The translations under genes and the position numbers were made by a program. From positions 68,204-132,203 of the forward strand of contig JBAYKP010000001.1 of assembly GCA_041664465.1 (NCBI GenBank): 64,000 nt of DNA, written 5' to 3'. The DNA comes from Minisyncoccota bacterium (GTDB lineage Bacteria > Patescibacteriota > Minisyncoccia > Phycocordibacterales > UBA9973). The notes beneath the pieces are model-generated. The model did not search any database and was not told the DNA's origin. It saw nothing but the letters and a program-made list of their open reading frames with translations. This document shows, one piece after another, positions 1 through 9,018 of this stretch; positions within the stretch are counted from its first letter, which is position 1, and every line of letters starts with the position of its first letter.

Positions 1-677
1 TTTGCAAGTTTGCTAACTACTTTGCCTTCCTTCTTTTCGTATTGCATGAAGACATTATTCCAAATTTCTATCACTCTACCTTCGTCATCTGCTTTTACAA
101 ATTCATCATGAGACATATCACCTAGTGCTACTTCATTAGTATCATAAAAGATTTCAGTATCAGGACCACAAGGGCCATTGTCCCCTGCACTCCACCAATT
201 ATTGAGAGCTGGCATAAAATAAATTCTATTTTCTGGTAAATATTTCTTCCAAATTTCCGCTGCTTCTATATCTCTCGGTGCATCTTCATTGCCTTCAAAA
301 ACAGTTACATAAATTCTACTCATATCAAGCCCTAGACCTTCTTCTTGGTCTGTTAGAAATTCAAAGCTCCACTTGATAGCTTCTTCTTTAAAATAATCAC
401 CTAGCGACCAATTCCCAAGCATTTCAAAAAATGTAAGATGTCTATTGTCGCCCACTTCATCTATATCTCCAGTTCGTACGCATTTTTGCACGTCTACCAA
501 GCGAGTTCCCATTGGATGCTTCTGACCAAGTAAATATGGCACGAGTGGTTGCATTCCAGCAGTATTGAAAAGAACCGAAGGGTCATTTTCGGGGATAAGT
601 GAAGCGGAAGGGATTATTTTGTGTCCTCTATTTTCAAAAAATTTGAGAAACTTTTGGCGGATTTCATTGGAAGTCAT
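1..677 (-). CDS. alaS: Alanine--tRNA ligase, N-terminal part (runs off the window start)
   Basis: Manual translation [45 protein letters not shown]...[32 protein letters not shown] is the classic AlaRS N-terminus. Confidence 0.95.
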   Translation of the reverse strand, partial: MTSNEIRQKFLKFFENRGHKIIPSASLIPENDPSVLFNTAGMQPLVPYLLGQKHPMGTRLVDVQKCVRTGDIDEVGDNRHLTFFEMLGNWSLGDYFKEEAIKWSFEFLTDQEEGLGLDMSRIYVTVFEGNEDAPRDIEAAEIWKKYLPENRIYFMPALNNWWSAGDNGPCGPDTEIFYDTNEVALGDMSHDEFVKADDEGRVIEIWNNVFMQYEKKEGKVVSKLA

Positions 678-681
678 ATAT

Positions 682-1155
682 TTATATTATATCTTCTTTA
701 AAGTATTTACTCTTTTTAATTCTCTCTTCTATGAACCACAAAACGATAAATATAAATAGTGTGAATGTCATAGCAATAACTGCAATACTATAAAGTCCTA
801 ATCCACAAGCCATACCTATACCTGCCGCTACCCAGAGACTGGTTGCAGTCGTAAGGCCTACCAATTTAGAATCTTTATTGAAAATAATTCCAGCTCCCAA
901 GAATCCAACACCCACAACAATCTGAGACACAACCATGAGTGGATTCATCCCAGAAAACCCTGCATAGTACTTTACCATTTCATTTGAAATAACTACGAAC
1001 AAAGCCGAACCCATAGATACAAGTGCATAGGTACGCATACCGGCCGTCTTGTGCGCCCAGACACGCTCAGTCCCTATAATCATCCCCAACAATAAAGCCA
1101 CGAAAAGACGTGACACAATACTTAAAGTAGCCCCATCTAAAATATGTAATGTCAT
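682..1155 (-). CDS. MgtC/SapB family membrane protein
   Basis: [33 protein letters not shown] and GLTTATSLW motifs. Confidence 0.9.
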   Translation of the reverse strand: MTLHILDGATLSIVSRLFVALLLGMIIGTERVWAHKTAGMRTYALVSMGSALFVVISNEMVKYYAGFSGMNPLMVVSQIVVGVGFLGAGIIFNKDSKLVGLTTATSLWVAAGIGMACGLGLYSIAVIAMTFTLFIFIVLWFIEERIKKSKYFKEDII

Positions 1156-1184
1156 AATCTACTTATTATAAACTTAAGTTACGA

Positions 1185-1610
1185 TTATTTCAACTTATTA
1201 AAGTTAGTATTTTCTTCTGTATCTTTTATTACTTTCTCTTCTTCCTCTGTAATATATTTGTCCTCACTTTTGAGCGTATTCTCTACCCACATAAAGTAAG
1301 GGATGTTCGTCATATCAGTATTGCATCTGGCCACCATTGGTATCTTATATGAATGTTCGGCTTCTATATGTTTGACTAATTTGTCACTTAGAAACTTTTG
1401 AGTTGAGAACATAAGCATATACTGATCCGTCTCTTGGATAACACCTTGCCATGGATATATAGAATTGATAACCCAATAATCCATAGAGATAGCCAGCTTC
1501 TCTTGTATAGCCCCATACCCCAAAGTTCTAGCTTCATCTATACTTCCGCAAATAGTATAAACAAAAACAATATCATCTATCCCCTTTTCAATTTTTTCAA
1601 AAATACTCAT
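1185..1610 (-). CDS. cutA: CutA-like divalent-cation tolerance protein
   Basis: SIYPWQG and HSYKIP motifs; CutA-like layout with a short acidic C-terminal extension. Confidence 0.75.
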   Translation of the reverse strand: MSIFEKIEKGIDDIVFVYTICGSIDEARTLGYGAIQEKLAISMDYWVINSIYPWQGVIQETDQYMLMFSTQKFLSDKLVKHIEAEHSYKIPMVARCNTDMTNIPYFMWVENTLKSEDKYITEEEEKVIKDTEENTNFNKLK

Positions 1611-1687
1611 ATATGATTTCCTTAAATTATTTAATAATTATTTTTTCCATAACAACTTTCGACGACCGCGTAAAAGCGTTATGGTTT

Positions 1688-1792
1688 TTAAAAATTCTTA
1701 TGCCACCAAACTTTAACTCTAAATTTAACTGTTTTAAAAATAATAGAGATAACGTATCTAAATGATTCTAATTTTAATTTAATTTTTTTCAT
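1688..1792 (-). CDS. Putative small basic protein (34 aa)
   Basis: Manual translation MKKIKLKLESFRYVISIIFKTVKFRVKVWWHKNF*; ATG lies 1 nt after the upstream stop. Confidence 0.3.
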   Translation of the reverse strand: MKKIKLKLESFRYVISIIFKTVKFRVKVWWHKNF

Positions 1793-1793
1793 A

Positions 1794-3578
1794 TTATATA
1801 AATTCAGCTTGATAACATTTCTCGCAATACACTATCTCCTTCCTGTCTTCACTTATTGCTGTTTCAAAATTATTCTGACATGGTTCACTCCCATGAGCAT
1901 GTTCTACTGTATTTCTGTATTCTTTATTCTCTGATTCTATACCACCACACATACATTTCCTAGTTTCTAATTTTAATGGATTTGTTTTCTTAAGCCTTTC
2001 ATAATGTCTACAATTAGGGCACAAATGAGGTAAAGCTATTTTCATAGAACGATATAAGATTAATTCATCAGGTAATATTTTGTATGCAGTTGTGCATTGC
2101 TGATTGCAATCTCCTCCATTATGCTCACATTCTATAACTTCATCTAAAATTGAATCTTCTACATTATCAATATGATCTGGTAAATCAACTGATTTCATTG
2201 TTATTGTGTAATCTCTTTCTGTAGAATCACTCCAAATGAAACCCTTCTCAAGAGCTTGATCTTTAGTTAAAGGAAACCATTGATGAGCCCATGATTCATT
2301 GTAGGTCCACATAGAATGCTCTTTGGGATAAAAATCTCCATATTTATAAACTCTACCCTCTTTGTCTATATAAGGCATATCATTCATGTGTTTTTTAATC
2401 CTTGGAATTAATTCTTCATATTCTTCCTTCGTATATTGCTTATTCAAAATACAATATTTTTTATGTCTTAATTTCGCACAACCAAAAAGATTTGTTCCTC
2501 CATAAACATTTTCGCAATATTCTGAATCAATAGTATTATTACTTGATCGTGTAAAAAAGGTATTTTGGCAACGTATAGCCCCTGTTGCTTCATATAAAAG
2601 CTCTGAAGTATCTCCCCCGAGAGTCATATCATAACTATCTTTTAATAATAAACCTCCATGAAAAATATACTTACAATTTTGAACCCCATGAGTCGCAGAA
2701 AAGCAATTCTTGCAACTTTTTGAATTTTGTATATCATCTCCTGAAACATCGATCGAATTAGAAATTAAGGCAAATTTTCTTGGTATTTTATAATACAGCT
2801 CAGCAAATTTTATTTTTGCTTTCTCAATAATAGAATAGCTTCCTAAATTATATTTTAATATTTCTTCTTCATAATCTTTTTTAGAATATTGTTTATTCCA
2901 AATACAATACTTTTGATTCCTCAAATTTATACAACCAAAACACTTAGAGCACCCAAGACAATTAAAAAGAAAAGAAGAATCTATACACTCATCGGAAAAA
3001 TAAGTAAATTTTGTATTATATAAATCACCTGAATTTAAAATTTCATAAACATGATCAGCATTTATTACAAAGTCTGCATCAAGAGAGTCTTTGGTAAATA
3101 TTGGGGTTAAACAATAATAACAATTAATACACTGCATGCCACTGAAGACAAAGGTGCAATTTTTACAACGAATAATTCCATTGCAATATTTGCAATCAGT
3201 TGAATTTTGAATATTAGTTGCCTGGCATGGCACAACTTTTCTCAATTCATCTAATTGCTCAAAAAATGGTTTAGAAAAATCATATTCTTTGCCATAAGAA
3301 AGTGGATTCCAGCTATCACTCCACCAACAATCATTACAAAAGACAACTACTTCTCTGGTTGGAGAAAACAAACTGATGGTATCTTTACCGCAGTTATCGC
3401 AAGAATCTTTATATAAAGTTCTTTCTGAGATATTATTTAACCTATTTATTAATCTACACTCTGGGCAGAAAGTTGGTGGTGGAACTTTAATTTTCTCATA
3501 AAATGAGAAATCATCAGGCTCAATGGTGAAATTAAGCTTGCAGTTCTGACAGGTTCTGTTTTCTGGTTTATGCTCCAT
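1794..3578 (-). CDS. Cys-rich multi-zinc-ribbon protein of a family common in CPR genomes (function unknown)
   Basis: Many CxxC pairs, VPPPTFCPECR, FGCINLRNQKYCIWNKQYSK repeated twice, terminal IVYCEKCYQAE. Confidence 0.75.
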   Translation of the reverse strand: MEHKPENRTCQNCKLNFTIEPDDFSFYEKIKVPPPTFCPECRLINRLNNISERTLYKDSCDNCGKDTISLFSPTREVVVFCNDCWWSDSWNPLSYGKEYDFSKPFFEQLDELRKVVPCQATNIQNSTDCKYCNGIIRCKNCTFVFSGMQCINCYYCLTPIFTKDSLDADFVINADHVYEILNSGDLYNTKFTYFSDECIDSSFLFNCLGCSKCFGCINLRNQKYCIWNKQYSKKDYEEEILKYNLGSYSIIEKAKIKFAELYYKIPRKFALISNSIDVSGDDIQNSKSCKNCFSATHGVQNCKYIFHGGLLLKDSYDMTLGGDTSELLYEATGAIRCQNTFFTRSSNNTIDSEYCENVYGGTNLFGCAKLRHKKYCILNKQYTKEEYEELIPRIKKHMNDMPYIDKEGRVYKYGDFYPKEHSMWTYNESWAHQWFPLTKDQALEKGFIWSDSTERDYTITMKSVDLPDHIDNVEDSILDEVIECEHNGGDCNQQCTTAYKILPDELILYRSMKIALPHLCPNCRHYERLKKTNPLKLETRKCMCGGIESENKEYRNTVEHAHGSEPCQNNFETAISEDRKEIVYCEKCYQAEFI

Positions 3579-3619
3579 AATTCTTAATTCGTAATTCTTA
3601 ATTATTAATTCTTAATTCT
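3578..3619. repeat. Heptamer tandem repeat (TAATTCT)x6, imperfect
   Basis: taattct taattcg taattct taattat taattct taattct abutting the start codon at 3578. Confidence 0.85.
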
Positions 3620-3630
3620 TTACTTCTAGA

Positions 3631-4845
3631 TTATGCCACAATACAGCCACCTAGGCAAATGTCGCCATCGTAGACTACGATAGACTGACCTTTATCCACC
3701 AGTACATTTTTATTAAAAGTTATTTCACAGGTCAGACCTGTGCAGACTACTTTGCAATCTAAAAGCTCTCCGTGGTAACGAATTTGAGCAGTATACCCGC
3801 CTTGACTCGTCGGCGAGGCAGGAGCTTTATTTTTTTCTGGTATCTCTAGAATCCAATTTGCCTTACTACATAGGACCGTCCTATGTAGTATACCAGTTGG
3901 ACTGGTATATTCTTCCCCTAGGCAAGGCCTAGGGGAAACTGTAATTGTGTTTTTTTCTATATCTTTTGAAACTACATATAAAGGTTTGCTATTATCTTCA
4001 TTTTTGAAAATTGTAAATCCGTGACGTTCTCCGAGTGTGAAGAATATCGCACCGTCGTGTGAACCTATAACTTTTTCTTTTTTATCCTCTTCTCGGCGAG
4101 CAAGTAATACATCCCCCCTCTTAGTTTCAATATAATGTTTAAGAAAATCTTTCATATCTAAAGGACCTAAGAAGCAGACACCTTGACTGTCCTTCTTCAC
4201 TGCTGTCGGAAGTTTATATTTCTCTGCTAATTTGCGCACTTCTGTCTTCTCTAAATGTCCTACTGGAAATAAAGTATGACTCAAATCATCTTGAGTAAGA
4301 GTCCAAAGAAAATATGATTGGTCTTTAGAGGTATCGGGAGATTTAAGTAGGTAATTCTGAATTTTTTCCTCCCCTGCTAAGGGGAGGTGGCTCCTAGCCG
4401 GAGGGGTCTGACCCCCTCGCCCTTCGGGCACTCCCCCTTGGCAGGGGGAGATTGAATTCACTGCATAATGCCCTGTTGCAATAAAATCTGCTCCACGCTC
4501 TTTTGCAAATTCCCAAAAGACTCCAAACTTCACCATGCGGTTGCACATTACATCTGGGTTTGGAGTGTTCCCCTTTTTGTACTCTTCTATCATATAGTCT
4601 GCCACACCTTTCTTGTAAGCCTCTTCTGCATCACATTCTAAAAATGGTATATCGAGATGTGCACAGACTCGCATTGCATCACGTCTTTCATCCTTCCAAG
4701 TGCACTCTATAAAGTCCGGCGACCACGTACGAATAAAAACCCCAACGACGTTGAATCCTTGATCTTTAAGAAGTGCTGTCGCGACGGAGCTATCCACTCC
4801 ACCCGACACACCCACAAATACAGTTTTATTTATTTTCTTTCCCAT
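3631..4845 (-). CDS. mnmA: tRNA 2-thiouridine(34) synthase MnmA, carrying in-frame palindromic insertions
   Basis: SGGVDSS, TPNPDVMCN, ATGHY, KDQSYFL, KKDSQGVCF and GQSIVVY motifs; start taken at MGKK (4845). Confidence 0.95.
   Translation of the reverse strand: MGKKINKTVFVGVSGGVDSSVATALLKDQGFNVVGVFIRTWSPDFIECTWKDERRDAMRVCAHLDIPFLECDAEEAYKKGVADYMIEEYKKGNTPNPDVMCNRMVKFGVFWEFAKERGADFIATGHYAVNSISPCQGGVPEGRGGQTPPARSHLPLAGEEKIQNYLLKSPDTSKDQSYFLWTLTQDDLSHTLFPVGHLEKTEVRKLAEKYKLPTAVKKDSQGVCFLGPLDMKDFLKHYIETKRGDVLLARREEDKKEKVIGSHDGAIFFTLGERHGFTIFKNEDNSKPLYVVSKDIEKNTITVSPRPCLGEEYTSPTGILHRTVLCSKANWILEIPEKNKAPASPTSQGGYTAQIRYHGELLDCKVVCTGLTCEITFNKNVLVDKGQSIVVYDGDICLGGCIVA
3864..3937. repeat. Three tandem palindromes inside mnmA
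   Basis: tactacataggac-c-gtcctatgtagta; ataccagt-tgg-actggtat; ttcccctaggc-aag-gcctaggggaa. Confidence 0.85.
4368..4451. repeat. Inverted doublet of a GC-rich double-hairpin repeat inside mnmA
   Basis: Unit 4411-4451 matches 57858-57898 in pepN at 37/41 nt; a second related unit lies on the opposite strand at 4368-4408. Confidence 0.85.
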
Positions 4846-5747
4846 CTTGCGAAAATTCCACAAGGAAGTAATCTTTTACTCCCACTTTCTTCTATAACAA
4901 GCTCCCCTCCCTCTATTTTACCTTTATAATCCTTCATTAAATCTCGTAAATTATTTTCGTAAACAATAGAAGAATACCCTGCAGTATACCCATTTATAAG
5001 AATAAATAAAGGGTCATCTGAGAGAACTTGCCCACATAAATTCATAAGATTTAGAAAATCTTCTTCTATCTTCCAAAGTTCATCTTTCGGACCATGCCCA
5101 AAAGATGGTGGATCCATAATGATTGCATCATATTTTCTTCCTCTCTTTACTTCTCTTTTCAAAAATAAAACTACATCTTCTATAAGCCATCTGATAGAAG
5201 CATCTTTGAGTCCTGAGAGTTCTGCATTTGTCCTTGCCCATTCTACTGCATTTTTAGATCCATCTACGTGGCAAACTTCCGCTCCAGCTAAAGCAGCAGC
5301 AAGTGTCGCTCCGCCAGTATAAGCAAATAAATTTAAAACAGAAATTGGTTTATTCCCATAGGTCAGACCTAGGGACTTTTTACTTTCTGCCCCTAGGTCT
5401 GACCTATGGGAATTCTTAATCAATTCTTTCATCCATTCCCAATTTGAAAGTTGCTCGGGGAAAAGTCCTATGTGTTTAAAAGAAGTCGGCTTTATAGAAA
5501 ATTTTAAATCTCCATAAGATATATTCCAATTATTTGGAACACCGTTTTTAATTATCCATTTATTCTTTGTGCCATTACGAATAAATTCCAAGTGAGCTTC
5601 TTGCCACTCTTTATCATTTAAATTCTTTTTCCAAAGAGCTTCAGGATCCGGACGTGACATAGTATACTTGCCATATCTCTCAAGCTTTTGTCCCTCGCCT
5701 GAATCAAGTAATTCGTATTCTTTTTGTTTTGTAGTTTTTAAAATCAT
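4830..5747 (-). CDS. Class I SAM-dependent methyltransferase (RlmI/RlmK-like)
   Basis: YELLDSGEGQKLERYG, HIGLFPEQ, VLNLFAYTGG and DPPSFGHGP motifs. Confidence 0.85.
   Translation of the reverse strand: MILKTTKQKEYELLDSGEGQKLERYGKYTMSRPDPEALWKKNLNDKEWQEAHLEFIRNGTKNKWIIKNGVPNNWNISYGDLKFSIKPTSFKHIGLFPEQLSNWEWMKELIKNSHRSDLGAESKKSLGLTYGNKPISVLNLFAYTGGATLAAALAGAEVCHVDGSKNAVEWARTNAELSGLKDASIRWLIEDVVLFLKREVKRGRKYDAIIMDPPSFGHGPKDELWKIEEDFLNLMNLCGQVLSDDPLFILINGYTAGYSSIVYENNLRDLMKDYKGKIEGGELVIEESGSKRLLPCGIFARWERK
5352..5413. repeat. REPIN-like inverted doublet inside the methyltransferase gene
   Basis: Perfect 23-bp arms attcccataggtcagacctaggg / ccctaggtctgacctatgggaat with a 16-nt spacer. Confidence 0.9.
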
Positions 5748-5757
5748 TCTTTTTAAA

Positions 5758-6429
5758 TTATTTAAGGTATTTTGCTATGTTTTTTTTATGTTCAGTAAAA
5801 TTCACTGCATAATGTACTTTACCATCTTTATCATGAAGATAAAATAGATAAGAAGTGACTATTGGATTTATCGCAGCTTTTATTGCCCGAAGTCCTGGAT
5901 TTCCAATAGGTTTTTGTGGTAAACCACTTTCTTTATATGTCGCAGGGGCTATATCAACCTGGAGAGGAATACCTAGTTTTATCCTTTTCCATAAAATCCC
6001 AGAGATTATACCTATGTCTTCCTTGCCACTCGCTTCCTTCTCTAAGATAGAAGCCATTATTATAATATCTTCCAAGCTTCGACCTGACGACTTTATATCT
6101 TGATCAAGTAGCAATACTCTCTTCGTAAAATTTAAAGTCATTGCCTTTAATACTTCATCTGGCGTAGCAAAAGGGAAAAAGAAATACGTATCAGGAAACA
6201 AGTACCCTTGCTTACTCCTAGGATCATTTAGAAATACATCTTTATTAAAATTTGAAATTTTTTCTGAAAGTAATCTAACTATATCTTCATTGGTACTACC
6301 TTCTATAAAAGTAATTTTAATTTGATCTATTTTATGGTCTCCTCTTATTGCTGGCCATAAGATAAAAGAAAACAAAATAACAACTAAAAATACTACTACG
6401 TACTTTATTTTTTCACTTAAATTTTCCAT
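5758..6429 (-). CDS. mltG: Endolytic transglycosylase MltG (YceG-like), compact
   Basis: N-terminal TM segment, GYLFPDTY, MASILEKEA, GLPQKPIGNPG and YLFYLHD motifs. Confidence 0.85.
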   Translation of the reverse strand: MENLSEKIKYVVVFLVVILFSFILWPAIRGDHKIDQIKITFIEGSTNEDIVRLLSEKISNFNKDVFLNDPRSKQGYLFPDTYFFFPFATPDEVLKAMTLNFTKRVLLLDQDIKSSGRSLEDIIIMASILEKEASGKEDIGIISGILWKRIKLGIPLQVDIAPATYKESGLPQKPIGNPGLRAIKAAINPIVTSYLFYLHDKDGKVHYAVNFTEHKKNIAKYLK

Positions 6430-6430
6430 A

Positions 6431-7729
6431 TTATATAGGCAAATCTGAAGGTGGCTTTGCAATCTTGGATTCAATACGCTTGAAGCTTGGGGTCTCAGAA
6501 ACCATACCTGGGAAGTGATAAATAGTAGCTAATTCTTCAAGAGAAAGAACAAATATCTGAGATCTACCAGATGGGAAAAAGGCAGATATCAAGCTCGGAT
6601 ATTTTATAGAGTTCTGGATTGGAGGATGGAAGAATACTCGTAAACGATAGAAGTCGAGCATTCTCTTCTTGATCTTAGTCAGTGCGAGTCCTGTAGGGTC
6701 TGCCCAAGGTGCATCAAACTGAGTAGCATTTAAACGTTCAAGCTGGTTGGAATTGGGCTGAGCAAATTGGCGAAAAACAAGACGGCAAGACTTGCGAAGC
6801 TCATTGAACTTTTCAAGAGAATGCAGTCTCTTATCTGCAAATACTATAATTCTAATACCAACATCAAAATGTATCTGCCCAAGACATGCCGTCATCTGCT
6901 TGACGATAAGATCCAAGAATCCAGGAGCTCGAACTTCAAAAGTATCTATACCACCGAGACCCATACCTTTACCATATTTCGTAAAGGGCTCAAGCATATT
7001 TCTAATATATTCTTCGGCATAATCATAAAAGTTGAGATGCTTGTGAGTCAGAGGACCGTGATACATCTTGATATCTTGTCTGATAATTATCTGAATCCAC
7101 ATTTGCTGACCTTTTGGCAGAGAACCTAGATATTCAATAGTAGGAGTAAGCGGATCAACTTTGAACTCTTCTTTAATCCCACTTTTCATATCATCCATCT
7201 GTTTGTATGTCCTTATAGGCTGAACATCATCTTTTTCTTTGGCGAATTCAGCACCCCACATATTCCAATCTCCGTTTTTCGTGTATTGAGGAATATTCCA
7301 AACATAATCTTCAGCTTCCATAACTTTGGCTTGCGGATATTGAGCGTATATCTGAGTCTCTACCAAGTCTCTGATTCTAGATGGGGTACGAATATAAAAA
7401 TGTACTCGTCCATCAATAGAGACCATTTCAAGTGAAAACCAAAGCCACGGAGCACCTATCATATATTCTTCCCAGAATCCTTTCTTACTTCGATGATAAA
7501 AAGCATTCGAGAAAACGAGCTCCATCGCGGCTGGAGTCTTGATCACATCTCTTGGGACTTGAATTTCAAGAAGCACCCATTTAATACCAGCAATAAAACG
7601 CTCTTGTCGGTAGTGATGCCACAAATATACGGCTGCATACGCTAAAGGAATCGGCATCAAGTAACCGATGAAAACGATCAGCATTTGTAAAAGATTGAAA
7701 GTATGAGTATTAAGAAAGTCTTGTATCAT
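6431..7729 (-). CDS. Conserved CPR membrane-anchored hypothetical protein, resembling the N-terminal region of CPR VirD4/TraD-like proteins
   Basis: LLEIQVPR..PAAMELVF, FSLEMVS, IYAQYPQA and ELATIYHFP..KPPSDLP; no Walker A. Confidence 0.55.
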   Translation of the reverse strand: MIQDFLNTHTFNLLQMLIVFIGYLMPIPLAYAAVYLWHHYRQERFIAGIKWVLLEIQVPRDVIKTPAAMELVFSNAFYHRSKKGFWEEYMIGAPWLWFSLEMVSIDGRVHFYIRTPSRIRDLVETQIYAQYPQAKVMEAEDYVWNIPQYTKNGDWNMWGAEFAKEKDDVQPIRTYKQMDDMKSGIKEEFKVDPLTPTIEYLGSLPKGQQMWIQIIIRQDIKMYHGPLTHKHLNFYDYAEEYIRNMLEPFTKYGKGMGLGGIDTFEVRAPGFLDLIVKQMTACLGQIHFDVGIRIIVFADKRLHSLEKFNELRKSCRLVFRQFAQPNSNQLERLNATQFDAPWADPTGLALTKIKKRMLDFYRLRVFFHPPIQNSIKYPSLISAFFPSGRSQIFVLSLEELATIYHFPGMVSETPSFKRIESKIAKPPSDLPI

Positions 7730-7732
7730 ATT

Positions 7733-7840
7733 TTACCAAACTCTAAGATTGCTAGATGAAGTGAAAAATCCAAACAATATAGCAATTAATATAATGCCTA
7801 AAATTATTAATATTATGTTTATAATGCCACGATTATACAT
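7733..7840 (-). CDS. Putative small membrane peptide (35 aa)
   Basis: MYNRGIINIILIILGIILIAILFGFFTSSSNLRVW*; preceded by TGCTATAAT 6 nt before the ATG. Confidence 0.5.
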   Translation of the reverse strand: MYNRGIINIILIILGIILIAILFGFFTSSSNLRVW

Positions 7841-7866
7841 ACAAGTATTATAGCATATTATTGCAA

Positions 7867-7905
7867 AAGAAAAGCACTACTCCCGTAGGGAGTAGTGCTT
7901 TTCTT
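7867..7905. terminator. Rho-independent terminator hairpin
   Basis: aagaaaagcactactccc-gta-gggagtagtgcttttctt downstream of the 7915 gene. Confidence 0.8.
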
Positions 7906-7914
7906 GTTCTAAAT

Positions 7915-8946
7915 CTAAACAATCGTATACAAACCTGCCTTATTCTTCTTAAAATATTTAGTATTTTGCAAATTGACTAGGATGGTATTTTTCTTTAAAT
8001 ATCTCTCCTTCATAACTTGATCAATAATATCTGTCTTTGCCATAGGACCATTCTTCTTTAAAAGTTCTTTGATCACATCACGAACCACTCCAGACTTATA
8101 ACCCCATTCAGAAAGTGCATAAATACCACGGCCTACTAAGACAAATCTAGGATCTTTGATAAGCTCGTTGTGGCAAGTAGCTGTATGACATTTCTTATCG
8201 AAAGTATTGGCTACAGCTTTAGCTACTTCTCTGAAGTGCATAGGGCTCCCATGCTTACGCATCATTAAGAAAGCATAATCCTTCACTCCTCTTGCTTTAA
8301 TAGAAGAAGATGAAGCTTTACCCCATTCTCCAAGTGGATTCTTCTTAAGAGTTTTAGATATCGTGAGCCACCTCTTGGCTATTTCTTCGTTCTTGTATTG
8401 TTCGGATAATTCTTTGACTTCGTCTAAAAATCTTTTTACTAATTCTCCTTCGGAAACTAATTCGTCACTGGAAAGATTCTCATAAAGACTCTTCAATGTT
8501 TTATGAACTTGATCTGAAATATCAGAATCTACGCTCCAGCGAGTTTTGAAATTTACATCTTCTTTGTGTTTAGTGAAATCATCACTCAGGGTTAGATATA
8601 AGTGAATGTGATTCTTTGTAATTTTATCTTTAGAAAGATGATCTAGGAATTCGTGCTCAGAAACAATAGCCCCCATAGAATGCATCAACTTTTTTAATTC
8701 TTCAAAAACTGGTTTCTCATTCTTAAAGGCTTCTCCCTTGCGAATAAGCGAAAGAGCCCCATTCTCAATCTGACGAACACGTTCACGAGTGATACCATAC
8801 TTTCCTCCGATAGCTTCGAGGGTCTTTCTTTCTCCGTCATCAGTAATCCCGAAACGATTTACGATAACTTCGTAAGCACGTGTCGGTAAGTTGGAGAGAA
8901 TCCTTTTGGTAACTTGTTTTGGTTTAAATGTAATAGTATTCGCCAT
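7915..8946 (-). CDS. Sigma-70 region-4 HTH plus C-terminal winged-helix (HARE-HTH/RpoE-delta-like) protein
   Basis: TLEAIGGKYGITRERVRQIE at the N-terminus; HNELIKDPRFVLVGRGIYALSEWG at the C-terminus; no sigma region 2. Confidence 0.7.
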   Translation of the reverse strand: MANTITFKPKQVTKRILSNLPTRAYEVIVNRFGITDDGERKTLEAIGGKYGITRERVRQIENGALSLIRKGEAFKNEKPVFEELKKLMHSMGAIVSEHEFLDHLSKDKITKNHIHLYLTLSDDFTKHKEDVNFKTRWSVDSDISDQVHKTLKSLYENLSSDELVSEGELVKRFLDEVKELSEQYKNEEIAKRWLTISKTLKKNPLGEWGKASSSSIKARGVKDYAFLMMRKHGSPMHFREVAKAVANTFDKKCHTATCHNELIKDPRFVLVGRGIYALSEWGYKSGVVRDVIKELLKKNGPMAKTDIIDQVMKERYLKKNTILVNLQNTKYFKKNKAGLYTIV

Positions 8947-9018
8947 AAAATTTAATTGATATATATTTTGTATTTTTATAATATCACTACTATCTAATAA
9001 AGTCAAATATTAAATAAC

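Noticed and set aside
4092-4100. ctcggcgag mini-palindrome in mnmA
   Set aside because: Only 4-bp arms, expected by chance
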